A stretch of DNA of 64,000 nt, taken from Tubulanus polymorphus (taxonomy: Eukaryota > Animalia > Nemertea). The DNA lies in assembly GCF_964204645.1 (NCBI RefSeq), contig NC_134032.1, forward strand, positions 7,676,275 to 7,740,274. Reading direction: 5' to 3'. The notes below the pieces were generated by a model. The model saw only the letters and a list, made by a program, of their open reading frames with translations. It did no database searches and was not told where the DNA came from. Shown in pieces: positions 13,425 through 25,023 of this stretch. A program made the translations under genes and the position numbers. How positions within the stretch are numbered: the first letter of the stretch is position 1; the number at the start of each line of letters is the position of its first letter.

Positions 13425-14050
13425 GGAATATTATAGAAACTAATTTATATATCTATATACTAGACGTACGAGTAAGAAAGTAAGATTCTTGCCAAGAAAG
13501 TAAGAAAGTAAGAATCTTGGTAAGAATTCTTACGTACGTCTAGTATATAATTATTATAAATTAGTTTTATAATAATTATTCTAAATTTAAATTATAAAAA
13601 TGAATAAATTATATGTTTTCTCTTAATAAAAATAAAAATAGATTATATTATAACTATTTCTATACTTAGATTAATAATTTTATTTTTTTAATTTTTATGA
13701 AAACTAAATTATATATCTATGTACTAGACGTACGAGTAAGAAAGTAAGATTCTTACCAAGAAAGTAAGATTCTTAGATTCTTACGTACGTCTAGTACATA
13801 GATATATAAATTATTAAATGAATTATATAAAAATGAATAAATTATATGTTTTCTCTTAATAATAATAAAACTAGATTATATTATAACTATTTCTATACTT
13901 AGATTAATAATTTTATGTTTTTAATTTTTATGAAAACTAAATTATATATCTATGTACTAGACGTACGAGTAAGAAAGTAAGATTTCTTGGATTCTTGGAT
14001 TCTTACTCGTACGTCTAGTATATAGTTATATGAATTAGTTTTATAATAAT
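13425..14050. repeat. Three tandem palindromic units between the convergent gene blocks
   Basis: TACTAGACGTACG...CGTACGTCTAGTA cores at about 13458-13545, 13722-13796 and 13955-14020 with variable AAGAAAGT/AAGATTCTT interiors. Confidence 0.92.
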
Positions 14051-15191
14051 TATTCTAATTTTGTTTCTAATATAATTATAAAATCATCTCTGTTTATATC
14101 TAATTCACCAAAAGTCTTAGGTAGATTTATTAATTTTAATTGAGCCATCTTAACATAATAATTAGTAGGAAAATTAGCTTTTTCTCTTAATTTTTCTAAG
14201 TATTCATCAAAATCATCAAAATCAAAATCAAAATGATGTCCAAAATTATTTATCAGATAACTTAAATCAATTTTTCTAAAATATAATAATTTATGTATTT
14301 GTTTAGGATTATCTTCTGCATAAGCTAATAATTTATCAAATAACAAGTTATAGAATATATAATATTGGTTAGTTTTAGGATTAAAATATTTGATAAATTT
14401 ATTTGGGTTATTTAACAATGGTATCATACTCACCATTTTATAAACATTAATTAGATGTAACTTTGATTTATAATGAGTATTTTCATCAACAGGTTCAATT
14501 TTCTTATTACAATATTGGCAAATTTTATTTCTTTCTATTTCTTCTAATTTCTTTTCATGTTCTTCTAACTTCCTTTCATTTTCGATATGCGCTTGAGATT
14601 TTTTATGTTTAGAAAAATTACTTTTAGAAATATCTAAATCACAAATGTTACAATGTTTTTAGAATCATCAATTGTTTCATTATAATTAGTTTCAATTGTA
14701 TCAACATTATCTGTTATATTATCTATGGTACCATTTGTTTCAATTGTATTAACATTATCTATGATATCATATATTATATTATTATCAGATATATTATTAT
14801 AATTATTCTTTTCTTTTTCTATATGTTTATTTGATTTCTTATGTGATGCCCAATTTTTATATGATATATATTTCTTACATACATCACAATATTTTTCATT
14901 TGTCTTTTTGGTTTTGATATCAGGTTCAATCTTATCATTATTAGATGTAGAAGGTATTACATTATTAGATGTAGAAGGTATTACATTATTAGATGTAGAA
15001 GGTATTACATTACTTAAATTATCAACAACACCACTTTTATTATTATCTATTTCTATTAGTTTAGTTTTATAAATTTTGAAAATAGGATCAAATATCAAAG
15101 CTATATTACAAGGTATTACATAATATAAACCATCATTATTTTCATGTGTATCGATGTATGGAATATGTTTATACACTTTACCTCCTTCCAT
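14050..15191 (-). pseudogene. Polinton multi-zinc-finger protein, frameshifted
   Basis: YCDVCKKYISYKNWASHKKSNKH, then CNICDLDISKSNFSKHKKSQAH and CQYCNKK...H...H in a shifted frame; internal 24-bp repeat (NNVIPSTS)x3 at about 14938-15012. Confidence 0.7.
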
Positions 15192-15236
15192 TTATTATAC
15201 AAATTTTTATTAAAGTTAAAATTTTAATACATAACT

Positions 15237-16467
15237 CCATTTAATTGAGAATTTACAATATTTAATTGCACGTCAGATATAATATAAATGTGCATTTTGA
15301 AATTTAGGCTTCTTTTTTCTTTGTCATGAATAATTGTATTCCATCTTTAGTGTTTTGTAATTTTTTTCCAGAACCATATAATGAATTATCCTCTGTTGTT
15401 CTAAAATCTAACCATAATGCATATTTATTACCGGTATAATAATCAATTTGATTAATATTACAATTTTCAGATGATTTTACTTTTTCATTCATAAAATGTT
15501 TTCTAATTTCTGGCCATTGATCAATCATTCTCATTCCTTGACAAAATATTTTATTTGCTATTCCTTCGATAGTTATTTCTACTTTTGTTATTTCAGAATT
15601 ATAATAATTATCAACATTTATTGCGCCATAAGTATATGTTGCAATGGTAAAAAATATTAATAGACCTTTAATAGATCTTCTTGGGAAGTTAATATTCTCA
15701 TTAATTATTTCATCATTTGCATTAATAGTTACAGTTTTAAATTTATCAATATAATCATATAATAATGAAAATCCTTAGTTGTATTTAGTTTGAATTATAC
15801 TTGAAATATTTTCATCAGTTACTGTATCATATTCTAAACATAGATTCGATAATCTATAACTCATATCTTTATTAACGCTAGATATTACAATTTCATTTAC
15901 AGGAGCAAAGGTTATTTCGAATATAACATCTTCTTGAATTGCGTATCTATATAAAGGTGCATTATTATTTATCAATTCAAAGTCTAATGGAATTTTATAT
16001 TTGCTTCCATATATACTTTTTATCAATTTATCTACAGCATTAGTTAATATTGCATTATGTGCTTCTGATCTTAATTTATTTTGGTTTTCTGATTGGATGC
16101 CTTAAAATATATTATTTCTATTTTCTTTAGTTAACCATAAATCTTTATAATGCATAAATAAATTATAATCATCTAATGAGAAAACTGTTTCTGGACCAAT
16201 CTTTATAGTTAATTTTTTAATCAAATATCTTCCAACATTATCAACAACATAATTATTATTATTACCGATTACTTTTATATCGGCTGATAAATAAATACTA
16301 TTTGGAACATAAAAAGTATTTTGTGTTAATCGAGGAATTCTAACATATAAAGTTTCATCGGGATTAATATTAGAAGGGTTATGAGTAATTATATGATGTG
16401 ATCTTTCTGCTTTAATAGCATTAGATATTCTATGATTCTTAGAAGGATTGATATAACTCCCACTCAT
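15237..16467 (-). pseudogene. Major capsid protein (double jelly-roll, hexon-like) with several nonsense codons
   Basis: ITHNPSNINPDETLYVRIP, VVDNVGRYLIKKL, LEYDTVTD, PRRSIKGLL, YALWLDFRTTEDNSLYGSG resemble invertebrate Polinton MCPs; stops at 16102, 15775 and near 15304. Confidence 0.85.
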
Positions 16468-16935
16468 TTATTTAACAAAAAAATTAATTATTTATTTTTT
16501 ATCATGTTTACTAACCCAAAAATAATAGCACTTACAACTGTAATTAAAAATAAAATAATATGTTCAGCAGCAAAGTTAATAATGTTTCCTGCAGATTTCA
16601 ATATAAAACCAACAATTGATGCAATAATTCCTGGTAAAGCTGCAGCAGATTTTTTAGATAGTTCCCATAAATATTTTGCTAATTTCTTTAAACCATCTTT
16701 AACTTTATCTTGTATAGAATTATTATCATTCGGGATCCGGTTCCACAGTTCTTGATTAAATCTGACTCAGAGTTAGTTTTTAACTCAGGGTCAGAAACGA
16801 ACTCTGAGTTAGCTGACTCCGAGTTAGTTTTGCGTTCCACAGTTCTCATTTAACTCAGAGTTTACTTACTCAGAGTCAAAGTCATATCTCCATAGTAACC
16901 ATCTTAATTCAGAGAAGTAATTGGTAATTCTCAAA

Positions 16936-17462
16936 ATGGCAACGTGCAGCAACGAAAAACAGCTTAAAAAAGAAGTCCTAACTTTACTAAAGACGAGATG
17001 GCCGTTCTCACTGTCGTTGTAATGAAAAATGGTGATGTGTTATTTTCAAAGTTGAATAACGATGTCACAAACAAGCTGAAAGCGAAGAAATGGGGAGAGG
17101 TGGCTAGTGCAGTAAACAGCCTAGGGCACTGTGTGAGAAAACCAGATGAACTTAAATTCAAATGGAAAAACATGAGCGCTAAAGCAAATTGTATGAATTC
17201 GGAAAGAAGGAAACTAGCACACAAAACTGGAGGGGGGCCACCACCGGAAAATTTGATAAAGAACGTCGACGAGACTATGGAGAAAATTATAAGCGCTAAC
17301 GAAAACAGAGAAGCTTGGGTCGGAATAGATGCAACACTCCACTTAGATCCTCCCATTATCATGTCACTAAGTCCAGAAAGTAATATATATCTTTATTCAC
17401 TGACAGGGTCAATCATTTTTGTTTTTAACTTTGCTTTCACCCAACAGCATATCGTCAAATGA
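16936..17462 (+). pseudogene. Harbinger Myb/SANT-like DNA-binding protein, N-terminal part
   Basis: KRSPNFTKDEMAVL...KWGEVASAVNS...ELKFKWKNM...TGGGPP; apparent frameshift near 16965. Confidence 0.82.
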
Positions 17463-18176
17463 TAGCTTGATGACGTGCTACACTTTGACCTTTGACACAC
17501 ATGCGCAATGGCGTCTAAATATCTCCCTGGAACCGAATCCAAGAAAATATAAGATTATAAAACTTACATGTTACGGCTTGGCAGTTACATCACAGACCCA
17601 GCGTTGCAAATTACTAATGCACATATAAATCCCATCATTCTGATAATCCAGTTGGTCTCGTGCTGCGATTATTTTCCGCACATTTCGGCTTAAAAACGAT
17701 AGTTTAGCAGACACCATGTGCAGAAAAAATGGCTCATGTCCGGCTAATTTATGCACCGTCATAGACGTGGACTCGTTAGGTTCGAATCCCAATTTTGAAC
17801 AACAGTCGGGAGCATTTTAAATTATGATGTATTGATTAATCAATCACTTTTTTCTGTTAAATTTAAGTATCAAAGATTGAGACGTCACCGTCGAACGCGA
17901 TTACTCTAATGGGGGATGACGGGACCGTATACGAAGTCACCGAATCATTTTTGCCATTACCGGCAACTGAAACCAACGTTTCTGAGATGCATGTTCAAGA
18001 TATAAGCACTTCCGATAATATTGGAACAATTCCCAATACCGGTACGTATAAATGGGTTTGCATTTGTTTCTGACAAATTACTTAGATGGTACACTGCATT
18101 GAAAAGAAAAAAAGTCACTACGCGCAGAACATTGCCAAATCGGACAGTATCCTGTTAATTTCCGGCCTTGAACTTA

Positions 18177-18721
18177 CCATCGGCATTACACACACCCTGT
18201 GCATTTATCGAATGAAAACTTTTTCGGTTCACAAAGTCTCTTTCAATTTCATTTCTTGAAGCTTGAATACGTATATGTGTTCCATCAACACAACCAATAA
18301 CACCGGGTAAATTTCCGACTTCATAAAAATCAGATTTCGTTTTTGCCAGTTCTGCTGGGCCTCTCGGAAACTTGATAAAATCTGCTTTCTTCGAGCAAAG
18401 TGCGTCGGTTACACGAGTAACAGATCTCGAAACTGTTGATTTCGATACACCAAAACTATCTCCGATTACCTCCAAAAATGAGCCACTGGCATAAAATCGA
18501 AGTGCCATAAGAACTTGCAGTTCGACAGTCAAAGGCAATCCACGATTGCACGTTTTTTCTGCCATCAATGGTCTACATATTTCAACGATTCTCTGCACAC
18601 CCGTTCTTGTAAAGCGATATCTATTATAGCATTCGACATCCGTGATTTCGAGTTGATTTGTAATCCTTCGATATTCTTTATTCTTGGCTTCTCTACCCGC
18701 TAATAAGTAGAATGCCGCCAT
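18177..18721 (-). pseudogene. Harbinger (HARBI1-like) transposase exon 1 only
   Basis: YRFTR, LQVLMALRFYASGSF, GVIGCVDGTHIRI, NRKSFHSINAQGVC then GTAAGT donor; no downstream exons found. Confidence 0.88.
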
Positions 18722-20399
18722 TTTAAACTCTGAGTTAAGCATTTTAATTCAGGTCTGACCCAGAGTTAGAATTTCACCCTGAGTTAAGGAATTTAACTCT
18801 AGAGTTAAATTTAACTCACCACTGTGGAACCGGATTTAACTCCGAGTTACTTTTAACTCTGAGTTAGGGAATTTAACTCTGAGTTAAAAGTTAATCAAGA
18901 ACTGTGGAACCGGGTCCTGGGGTTTATCTGGTTTATCGGGAGTAGGAGTAGATTTCAAAGCATTTGATATAGCTAAACCTATCGTTGTAAATACCATAGT
19001 TACAGATGTTAGAATTGAAAGAATTGTTATTCCTTCTAATTTAAATAATAATGTTATTCTATCTTTCAATGATATTTTTAGAATCTGGTTTTATCAACAA
19101 ATCTTTAACAACAACTTTTAATTTTTTAATATGATTTTTTAATATAATGTATCTCTTTCTTTTTCCTGTAATTCTTTGTTATATTTTAAATCATCTATTT
19201 CTTTTTCTAAAGCTAACTTTCTGCTTTCATAATCAGCTTCCTCTATTACTTGAAGATTTTTATTTAATTCTAATTGTTTTAATTCTTCATTTGCATTAGC
19301 TAATTCTTTTTCTAACATGGTTATTTTAGAAAATCTCATCTTAATATTAGCAATTTCACCAGCTGATATTTGTACACCTTTAATTTCTCTACGTGATTTT
19401 TCAGGAAATTGTTTTAATTCTTCATCAGTTAAATCAAGTAATCCTTTTTCTAGTAAAGATTGTATTTGATTTATTCCAGTTTCAGCACCAGATGTATCTG
19501 ATAAACTATTCATCTCTTCTTCTGAATCTCTTAATCTATCAATTTGTTTTTCTAATGTTAATTGTAATTGACTTGAATCATTATCAATTGGTTGAGTGTC
19601 TCTTCTCGATGTTTCTGGTGTTGAAGTTCTTAATTTATCTAATCGATTTGCAAAATATTCATCAGTTTCTGGATCAACATCAGTAGGATTTGGATTTGGA
19701 TTTTTAAATGGTGAATATTTGTTTATATCAATATTAGGAATTGGTTCTTCTTTATTTATTCTATCGAGTGCATTCCATATAATTCTGAGAAATTCTCTAC
19801 CACCTTTTGAACCTTCAATTGTAGATAATGCTCGCATTCCAGGTTCAAAAATATTTTCTTGACCCATTCTAGATAATTGAATTGTTACAATATTCCTATT
19901 TAATTCAAGATTTTAATACCATGAATCATTTTTAAATTCTAAATTATTCATGAAAAATGGGTCATCTTTTAAAATTTGTTCTACAACACCTTCTGAATCA
20001 ATTTCATCTATTACAACTTTTGGTAATAATTCGTTAACAATTGTATCTGTTACTCTAGATTTCATTCTATATAATTCCATAGGTTCATCAGGATATTTTT
20101 CTTGTTGTTTTTCTAATAGTTTCATAAATTCTTTTCTTTCTGTTCTAGTTGAAATTCTACCACTTACAGGAGCTTGTAAATATCTAATTAATTTTTCACG
20201 TAATTCGGAATTAATTCCATCATAATCATCATCATAATCATCATCTTCAACTAAATTAGTATTATATGCCGTTTTATCATCATTACTGAAACTCGTTTCA
20301 TCAAAATTAGGTGGTTGTTCATCACTTATACCGGGAGCGTCACCAAAAGTATCAATTCCAATATCTTCTCCACCTTCTGTCATTTACATAATAAAAAAA

Positions 20400-21723
20400 T
20401 TAAAATCTAAAATATAATATTCCTCCGATTACAATTCCTATACAAGTTAAAGCTAATTTAGTATTTTCATGGGATTTATTATCATCATTTAGTTTAATTA
20501 TTTCATGTTGAATATTATCAGTTCTAATATTTTCTGATGTATTGTAATCTTTTATTTTAGAATCATTATTTAATTTAATATTATTAGTTTTAGTTTCTGT
20601 TGATTGAATGTGTTATTTATTTCTTTCACCTTCCATTAATTTTGGAGCAGTAATAATCTTTTTATTTATATCATTCAATCCAAATGAATTATTTATTGTT
20701 GCAGTTTTAATTAGATTATTATAACCAATTATATTTCCCATCTTAATACTAAATCATTAGAAATAATTAATAGATTAGGGCTTATACAATAATTTAATCT
20801 AATATGAGATTTATCTAAATAATTTTGATATCTTACAATGTTTTCCGGAATCGATCTATTTTTATCATTATGAATTGAATCTTCAAATAATACTTTCAAT
20901 TGTTTCTGCGCATCGAATGAAGTGTTATCATTTCCAATTATTGGGGATCTTGTTTCAACTTGCGCACCTTAAATACATATCAAATAAGTTCTAATAGATT
21001 GATTTATTCTTTGTATACCAGCTTTAGTAAAACCTTCACCATTTTCTAAAATGAAATTAACCCAACCATTATTGTTTTGTTGTTGTATATTATTATAATA
21101 TTTTGGTAATTCATTCCAATTTAGTGTTCTTATATCTGAATTTGTCATTATTTTTCCAAATTCTTTAGTATATAATATTCCTAATCCACTCATTGTTCCA
21201 ATTTTTGCTCTAAAATCTTTATTTGAATTAATATTAAATTCATTACATATTTTATAAAACTTAGAAAAATTAATATTATTATTCAATTCTTTAAAATATT
21301 TTGAACCTGGTAAAGGACATTCTAATTCATCTAATATTAATTTTATTTGAAAATATGTATGAAATCTAAAAAGTGATAACATCAATGGTAAACTTGGCTT
21401 GTTTAAATGATCATTCCAACTAATTCCACATCCTGTCGTTGCACAATAAACAGCAAAATTTAATTGGTTCTGCCAATACTTCATATTAGATTTTAATAAC
21501 CATTGTTTTGCCTCATTTAAATTTTTGAAATTAATTGTATACACATGAAATATATTTCCATCTTTACATGAAAATTATTACTTTCAGTAACATAAATATA
21601 TAAATCAATTAATGAATCTAAAACTTCATTTCTATATGTAATATCTTTATTAAAATCTATTGCTGAAATATTATATTTAATTGATTTATTATATTGGAAA
21701 GCTTTTGGAAAACTATCTGCCAT
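20400..21723 (-). pseudogene. Conserved Polinton gene of unknown function with C-terminal TM helix
   Basis: WQNQLNFAVYCATTGCGIS, FRFHTYFQ, GFTKAGIQRINQSIRTY, ends HENTKLALTCIGIVIGGILYFRF; frameshifts and stops present. Confidence 0.7.
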
Positions 21724-21739
21724 TTATATAATTGAAAAA

Positions 21740-22174
21740 TTAATAATTAACTAATTCTTTTAATAATTTATCTTGTTCTTCAACTGTTATATGACCATTT
21801 AAACTTATTATATAATCTAGTGTATTCTTTAATTTATTAATTTCTTTTATATTAGTTTTAATTTTTTCTTTATCACTTTTTATATTCAATTTTGAACTTA
21901 TACCAGTTAAAACACTTGAACTTAATCCTAACACACCAATTGATATAGCTAAAGGTATTAATGGACTGAATATTGCTAGAAATGTTATTACAGAACTAAT
22001 TGTAACCGAACCACTTATAATCAAATAATATATAATTTTGCTTTTTAAATATTTTTTCTTTTTTATCTTTAAGTCACTTTCAAATTCTAATATTTGTTTT
22101 TCTAAAAATATTTTTAATTTAGTTTTATTTATATCATGAGGAATAATATCAATATTATCAACTTTATCTTCCAT
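21740..22174 (-). CDS. Polinton small two-TM membrane protein, 144 aa
   Basis: Intact ORF; basic patch followed by two hydrophobic segments; 22-nt motif at the start. Confidence 0.7.
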   Translation of the reverse strand: MEDKVDNIDIIPHDINKTKLKIFLEKQILEFESDLKIKKKKYLKSKIIYYLIISGSVTISSVITFLAIFSPLIPLAISIGVLGLSSSVLTGISSKLNIKSDKEKIKTNIKEINKLKNTLDYIISLNGHITVEEQDKLLKELVNY

Positions 22175-22193
22175 TTATTTAGCAAAAAAATTA

Positions 22194-22615
22194 CTAATTA
22201 GTAAACTTATATGCTACAAATATAACAATAACAGTTCCACCTAAAATCAAAATTATTTCATATTTCTTCTGTTCATTACTTGGGGTATAATAATCTGATA
22301 ATTTTGGTTTGTATAGATGTAATTTTTCTTTATTTGTTACCGCGTTATATAAACTCATTGCATCATCAACTGATTGCAAATCTCTGTGTGAAATCTTCTG
22401 ATCATATAATTCCTTGTTAATATAATCCATATAGTTTTGTCTCTTTTCTCTATATTCTTCAGCTGCTTTATTGTATTTCTCTAATGCTAAGTTATGTCTT
22501 TTTTGTTCTGTTAATGATCCATTTTATCAATATGCTTAAATAAATATCCGCCACCAGTAAATGCTAAAGCGTTAACAATTGCCGATCCTATAATAGTTAT
22601 AACTGCAGAAGCCAT
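22194..22615 (-). pseudogene. Polinton small membrane protein with N- and C-terminal hydrophobic segments, frameshifted
   Basis: MASAVITIIGSAIVNALAFTGGGYLF...EQKRHNLALEKY...ILILGGTVIVIFVAYKF; frameshift near 22520. Confidence 0.7.
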
Positions 22616-22639
22616 TTATTTAGTAAAATAATTATGCAT

Positions 22640-22861
22640 TTATATGGGAGGAATATATTTTTGTTTTTCTAAATAATCAATAGTTAAATTAGATAAAGTA
22701 ACTGCTAACGTTAATTTTAAAATATCATTTATATCAAATCTATCAACATTAACACTTCCCATTTTAAATACTTTTTTTAATACCATTGAATAACAAACAG
22801 TTCCAACTGATAGTAATGCTCCATTATATAATCCAGTTATTATCCACTTATTATCACTCAT
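22640..22861 (-). CDS. Polinton small hydrophobic protein, 73 aa
   Basis: Intact ORF with two hydrophobic helices, ending DYLEKQKYIPPI; 22-nt motif at the start. Confidence 0.7.
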   Translation of the reverse strand: MSDNKWIITGLYNGALLSVGTVCYSMVLKKVFKMGSVNVDRFDINDILKLTLAVTLSNLTIDYLEKQKYIPPI

Positions 22862-22965
22862 TTATTTATCAAAAAAATTACTATCTTCAAAATATTTAGT
22901 TAACTTATTTATGATTAAATCAACATTTATTTCATTACTAGTTTCATTTGTATATATTTCAATTA

Positions 22966-23217
22966 TTATTTTTTTAATATCATCGATGATAAAAATTCAT
23001 CTAATTCATAAAATCTTAAAGATTCTCTAATTAAATTAGTAATCTTTTCTACATTTAAAGTTTCTTTATCTATTGTTGTTTCATACTCAAATGTTGTTTC
23101 ATTAGAAAATGTAATAATTTTGATATGTGTAATTACATCATTAATGTTAAATTTCATTTCTTTCTCATGTTTAAAATCAAACCCAAAACATATACTCGGT
23201 CCAACAGTTATATTCAT
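22966..23217 (-). CDS. Polinton hypothetical protein, 83 aa
   Basis: ORF whose ATG lies in the 22-nt conserved motif. Confidence 0.55.
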   Translation of the reverse strand: MNITVGPSICFGFDFKHEKEMKFNINDVITHIKIITFSNETTFEYETTIDKETLNVEKITNLIRESLRFYELDEFLSSMILKK

Positions 23218-23233
23218 TTATATAATGAAAAAA

Positions 23234-23994
23234 TTACTCTTTACATCTTATAACTAATTCATAAATTACAGGAAAGTTATTCAAATCAATTAAATATCCA
23301 TTATGATTTCTTATTTCTAATTTAAAATTATTAAATTTAGGAATGCAAGGTTTAAAATCACATTCTGTTAAATTATAATTTATTTGAGTTCCAAATTGTT
23401 TAACATTTTTTAGCGGTAAAATATCTAGTATACTAGAACTAAAAATTAGTTTCTTTAGTTGCTTCGAAAGTTTTTGTAGGATCGATTAAATTGCAATAAA
23501 TATTAAAGTGTGTAAAAGGTATTATATTTGAATTACCATCTATGTTTCCTGTAACAGTATCTGGTGCAATTCCTAGCAATTTAGCCAATGGTTTTTTTTG
23601 CCATAAATGCATGTTGACTTTCATCATATACCTTTATTTTAATTTTATTTGTGCTATCGCTTTTTATAAATCTAATTAAAAATTTATCATCTCGTCGAAT
23701 TTTCAACCGTGCTCTTCGATTAATTTCTTGAGCTAATGTTTCTAAATTATATAATCCTGGTTTCAAAATTATATGAAACCATTTATCTACATTTCCAATA
23801 TGAATTAAAAAAGTATTATCTTCAATAGTTTTATCCGTTATATTATAAAAAGAATTACATAAACTTATATTAACTAATTTTAAATCTACACAATTCTTGA
23901 ATTCTCTATCTAATTGTACTAGTAAATTATGAGATTTATAATTAGTAAGTTTTCTTGAATCAACAAATATTCTGTATTCTTTTAATTCCGCCAT
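23234..23994 (-). pseudogene. Minor capsid (penton-like, single jelly-roll) protein, frameshifted
   Basis: IFVDSR, LVNISLCNSFYNI, LKPGLYNLETL, LAKLLGI, FNIYCNLI, C-terminal LEIRNHNGYLIDLNNFPVIYELVI are typical of Polinton/PLV minor capsid proteins. Confidence 0.78.
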
Positions 23995-24011
23995 TTATTT
24001 TACATATTTTC

Positions 24012-24364
24012 TTATTCGAAATCAATTTCATGGTGCCCCTTTTCATTCTTACCTTCGTATACGAAATAGAAATCTCCAGAACATAATTCTTCTAATCTTC
24101 ACTTGATAATCTATGAAATCTATCTGGTAAATATGTTCTGAATTTATGTGTATTTCCTTTTAATCCTTCATATTCTAAGTGTATAACTAATTTATCTCCA
24201 TAGTTATTAGTAACTGTATCAATATTTGTAATTAGATATTTCTTATGGATTGTTAATTCCGTTAACTTTTTGAATTTATAATCTATAGATTTTACATTTG
24301 TTATATCTTTTATTCTATCTAGAAATAATTTGTTGTTCTCACTGTGTGTTTGTTTACTCTCCAC
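24012..24364 (-). pseudogene. Small Polinton protein, possible OB-fold ssDNA-binding protein
   Basis: FKKLTELTIHKKYLIT...NYGDKLVIHL...YLPDRF; start codon reads GTG, TAG at 24092 then continues to 24012. The fold is an inference. Confidence 0.5.
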
Positions 24365-24393
24365 TTATAATACATATTTTTATTAAAATTTGA

Positions 24394-25023
24394 TTAACAC
24401 GTTAGAATTCTTTTCATTATCTCGTTCTCTTTTGTTTCTTCTCTTTTAAATTTTAAGTATTCATCTAAATTGCAACCATAAGCAACTGTATGAATTCCAT
24501 CATCTAAAATATATCTTTTATCATCAAATGGGTTTAGACTTATCTTTTCAATTTCTTCAATAAACATTTCATGATCTTCAGATCTTAAACATCTCATCTT
24601 GTTTTCTAACTTCTTCATTGAATATACAATTGATGTAATCTTTGAAATGAATATTCTTTTCTACTACATTTTTGGTTATTCCTTTTAACTTTTTAGCTTC
24701 ATGTTCTTTAGTTTTATATGAATACATTTTAGATCTAATACCTATGAACTCTATCATTTCTTCACCGCCTAATTCATCCTTAAACTTCCCTTGAACTTTT
24801 TTATTATCATTGCTAAACAATTCATGATCTTTAGGGTAGTTACTAAAATCAAAATGATGTTTTAATGTTTTTAAATCATCTGTTATGTTATCAGTTTTTA
24901 TCTTTAATATGTAACTGTCGGTATCAAAATATAATATTTCTATATGTTTTTTTCCAAAAAGTGGTTGTAATACATTATAATAGAATTCATACATTAGTAA
25001 TTTTGATAATTCTAAAACTGAAG
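24394..25023 (-). pseudogene. Family B DNA polymerase of Polinton type, C-terminal part only
   Basis: SVLELSKLLMY, LYFDTDS, FDFSNYP, GKFKDE, GIRSKMYS, KLKGI, SLNPFDDKRYILDDGIHTVAYG; frameshift near 24600; upstream part absent beyond the Harbinger junction. Confidence 0.94.

Larger units (their letters stand above)
16734..18916. mobile_element. PIF/Harbinger DNA transposon, internally deleted
   Basis: TIR GA(T/C)CCGGTTCCACAGTTCTTGATTAA at both ends, CWG-type target (CGG left, CTG right), many subterminal TAACTCNGAGTTA palindromes, Myb/SANT and transposase genes convergent. Confidence 0.92.
16488..20383 (-). pseudogene. Large Polinton protein (acidic N-terminus, coiled coil, hydrophobic C-terminus), split by a Harbinger
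   Basis: ORF pieces 19913-20383, 19139-19867 and 18917-19069, then 16488-16733 (KKSAAALPGIIASIVGFILKSAGNIINFAAEHIILFL); the frame rejoins as KPQ-NDN when 16734-18916 and one target copy are removed. Confidence 0.75.
11536..23236. promoter_or_regulatory. Eight copies of a 22-nt start-anchored motif TAA-TTTTTTT-N6-TAAATG (putative late promoter)
   Basis: 11536-11557 (+); 16465-16486, 20381-20402, 21721-21742, 22172-22193, 22613-22634, 22859-22880, 23215-23236 (all -). The final ATG is the gene start in each case. Confidence 0.8.
10323..25023. mobile_element. Endogenous Polinton/Maverick (adintovirus-like) provirus, decayed and truncated within PolB
   Basis: AGT-starting hairpin terminus, integrase, packaging ATPase, MCP, minor capsid protein and PolB in one sharply AT-rich, intronless, tightly packed gene block. 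Confidence 0.95.

Noticed and set aside
16432-20225. Plus-strand ORFs at 16432, 19393, 19596 and 19950
   Set aside because: Antisense shadows of the minus-strand Polinton genes.
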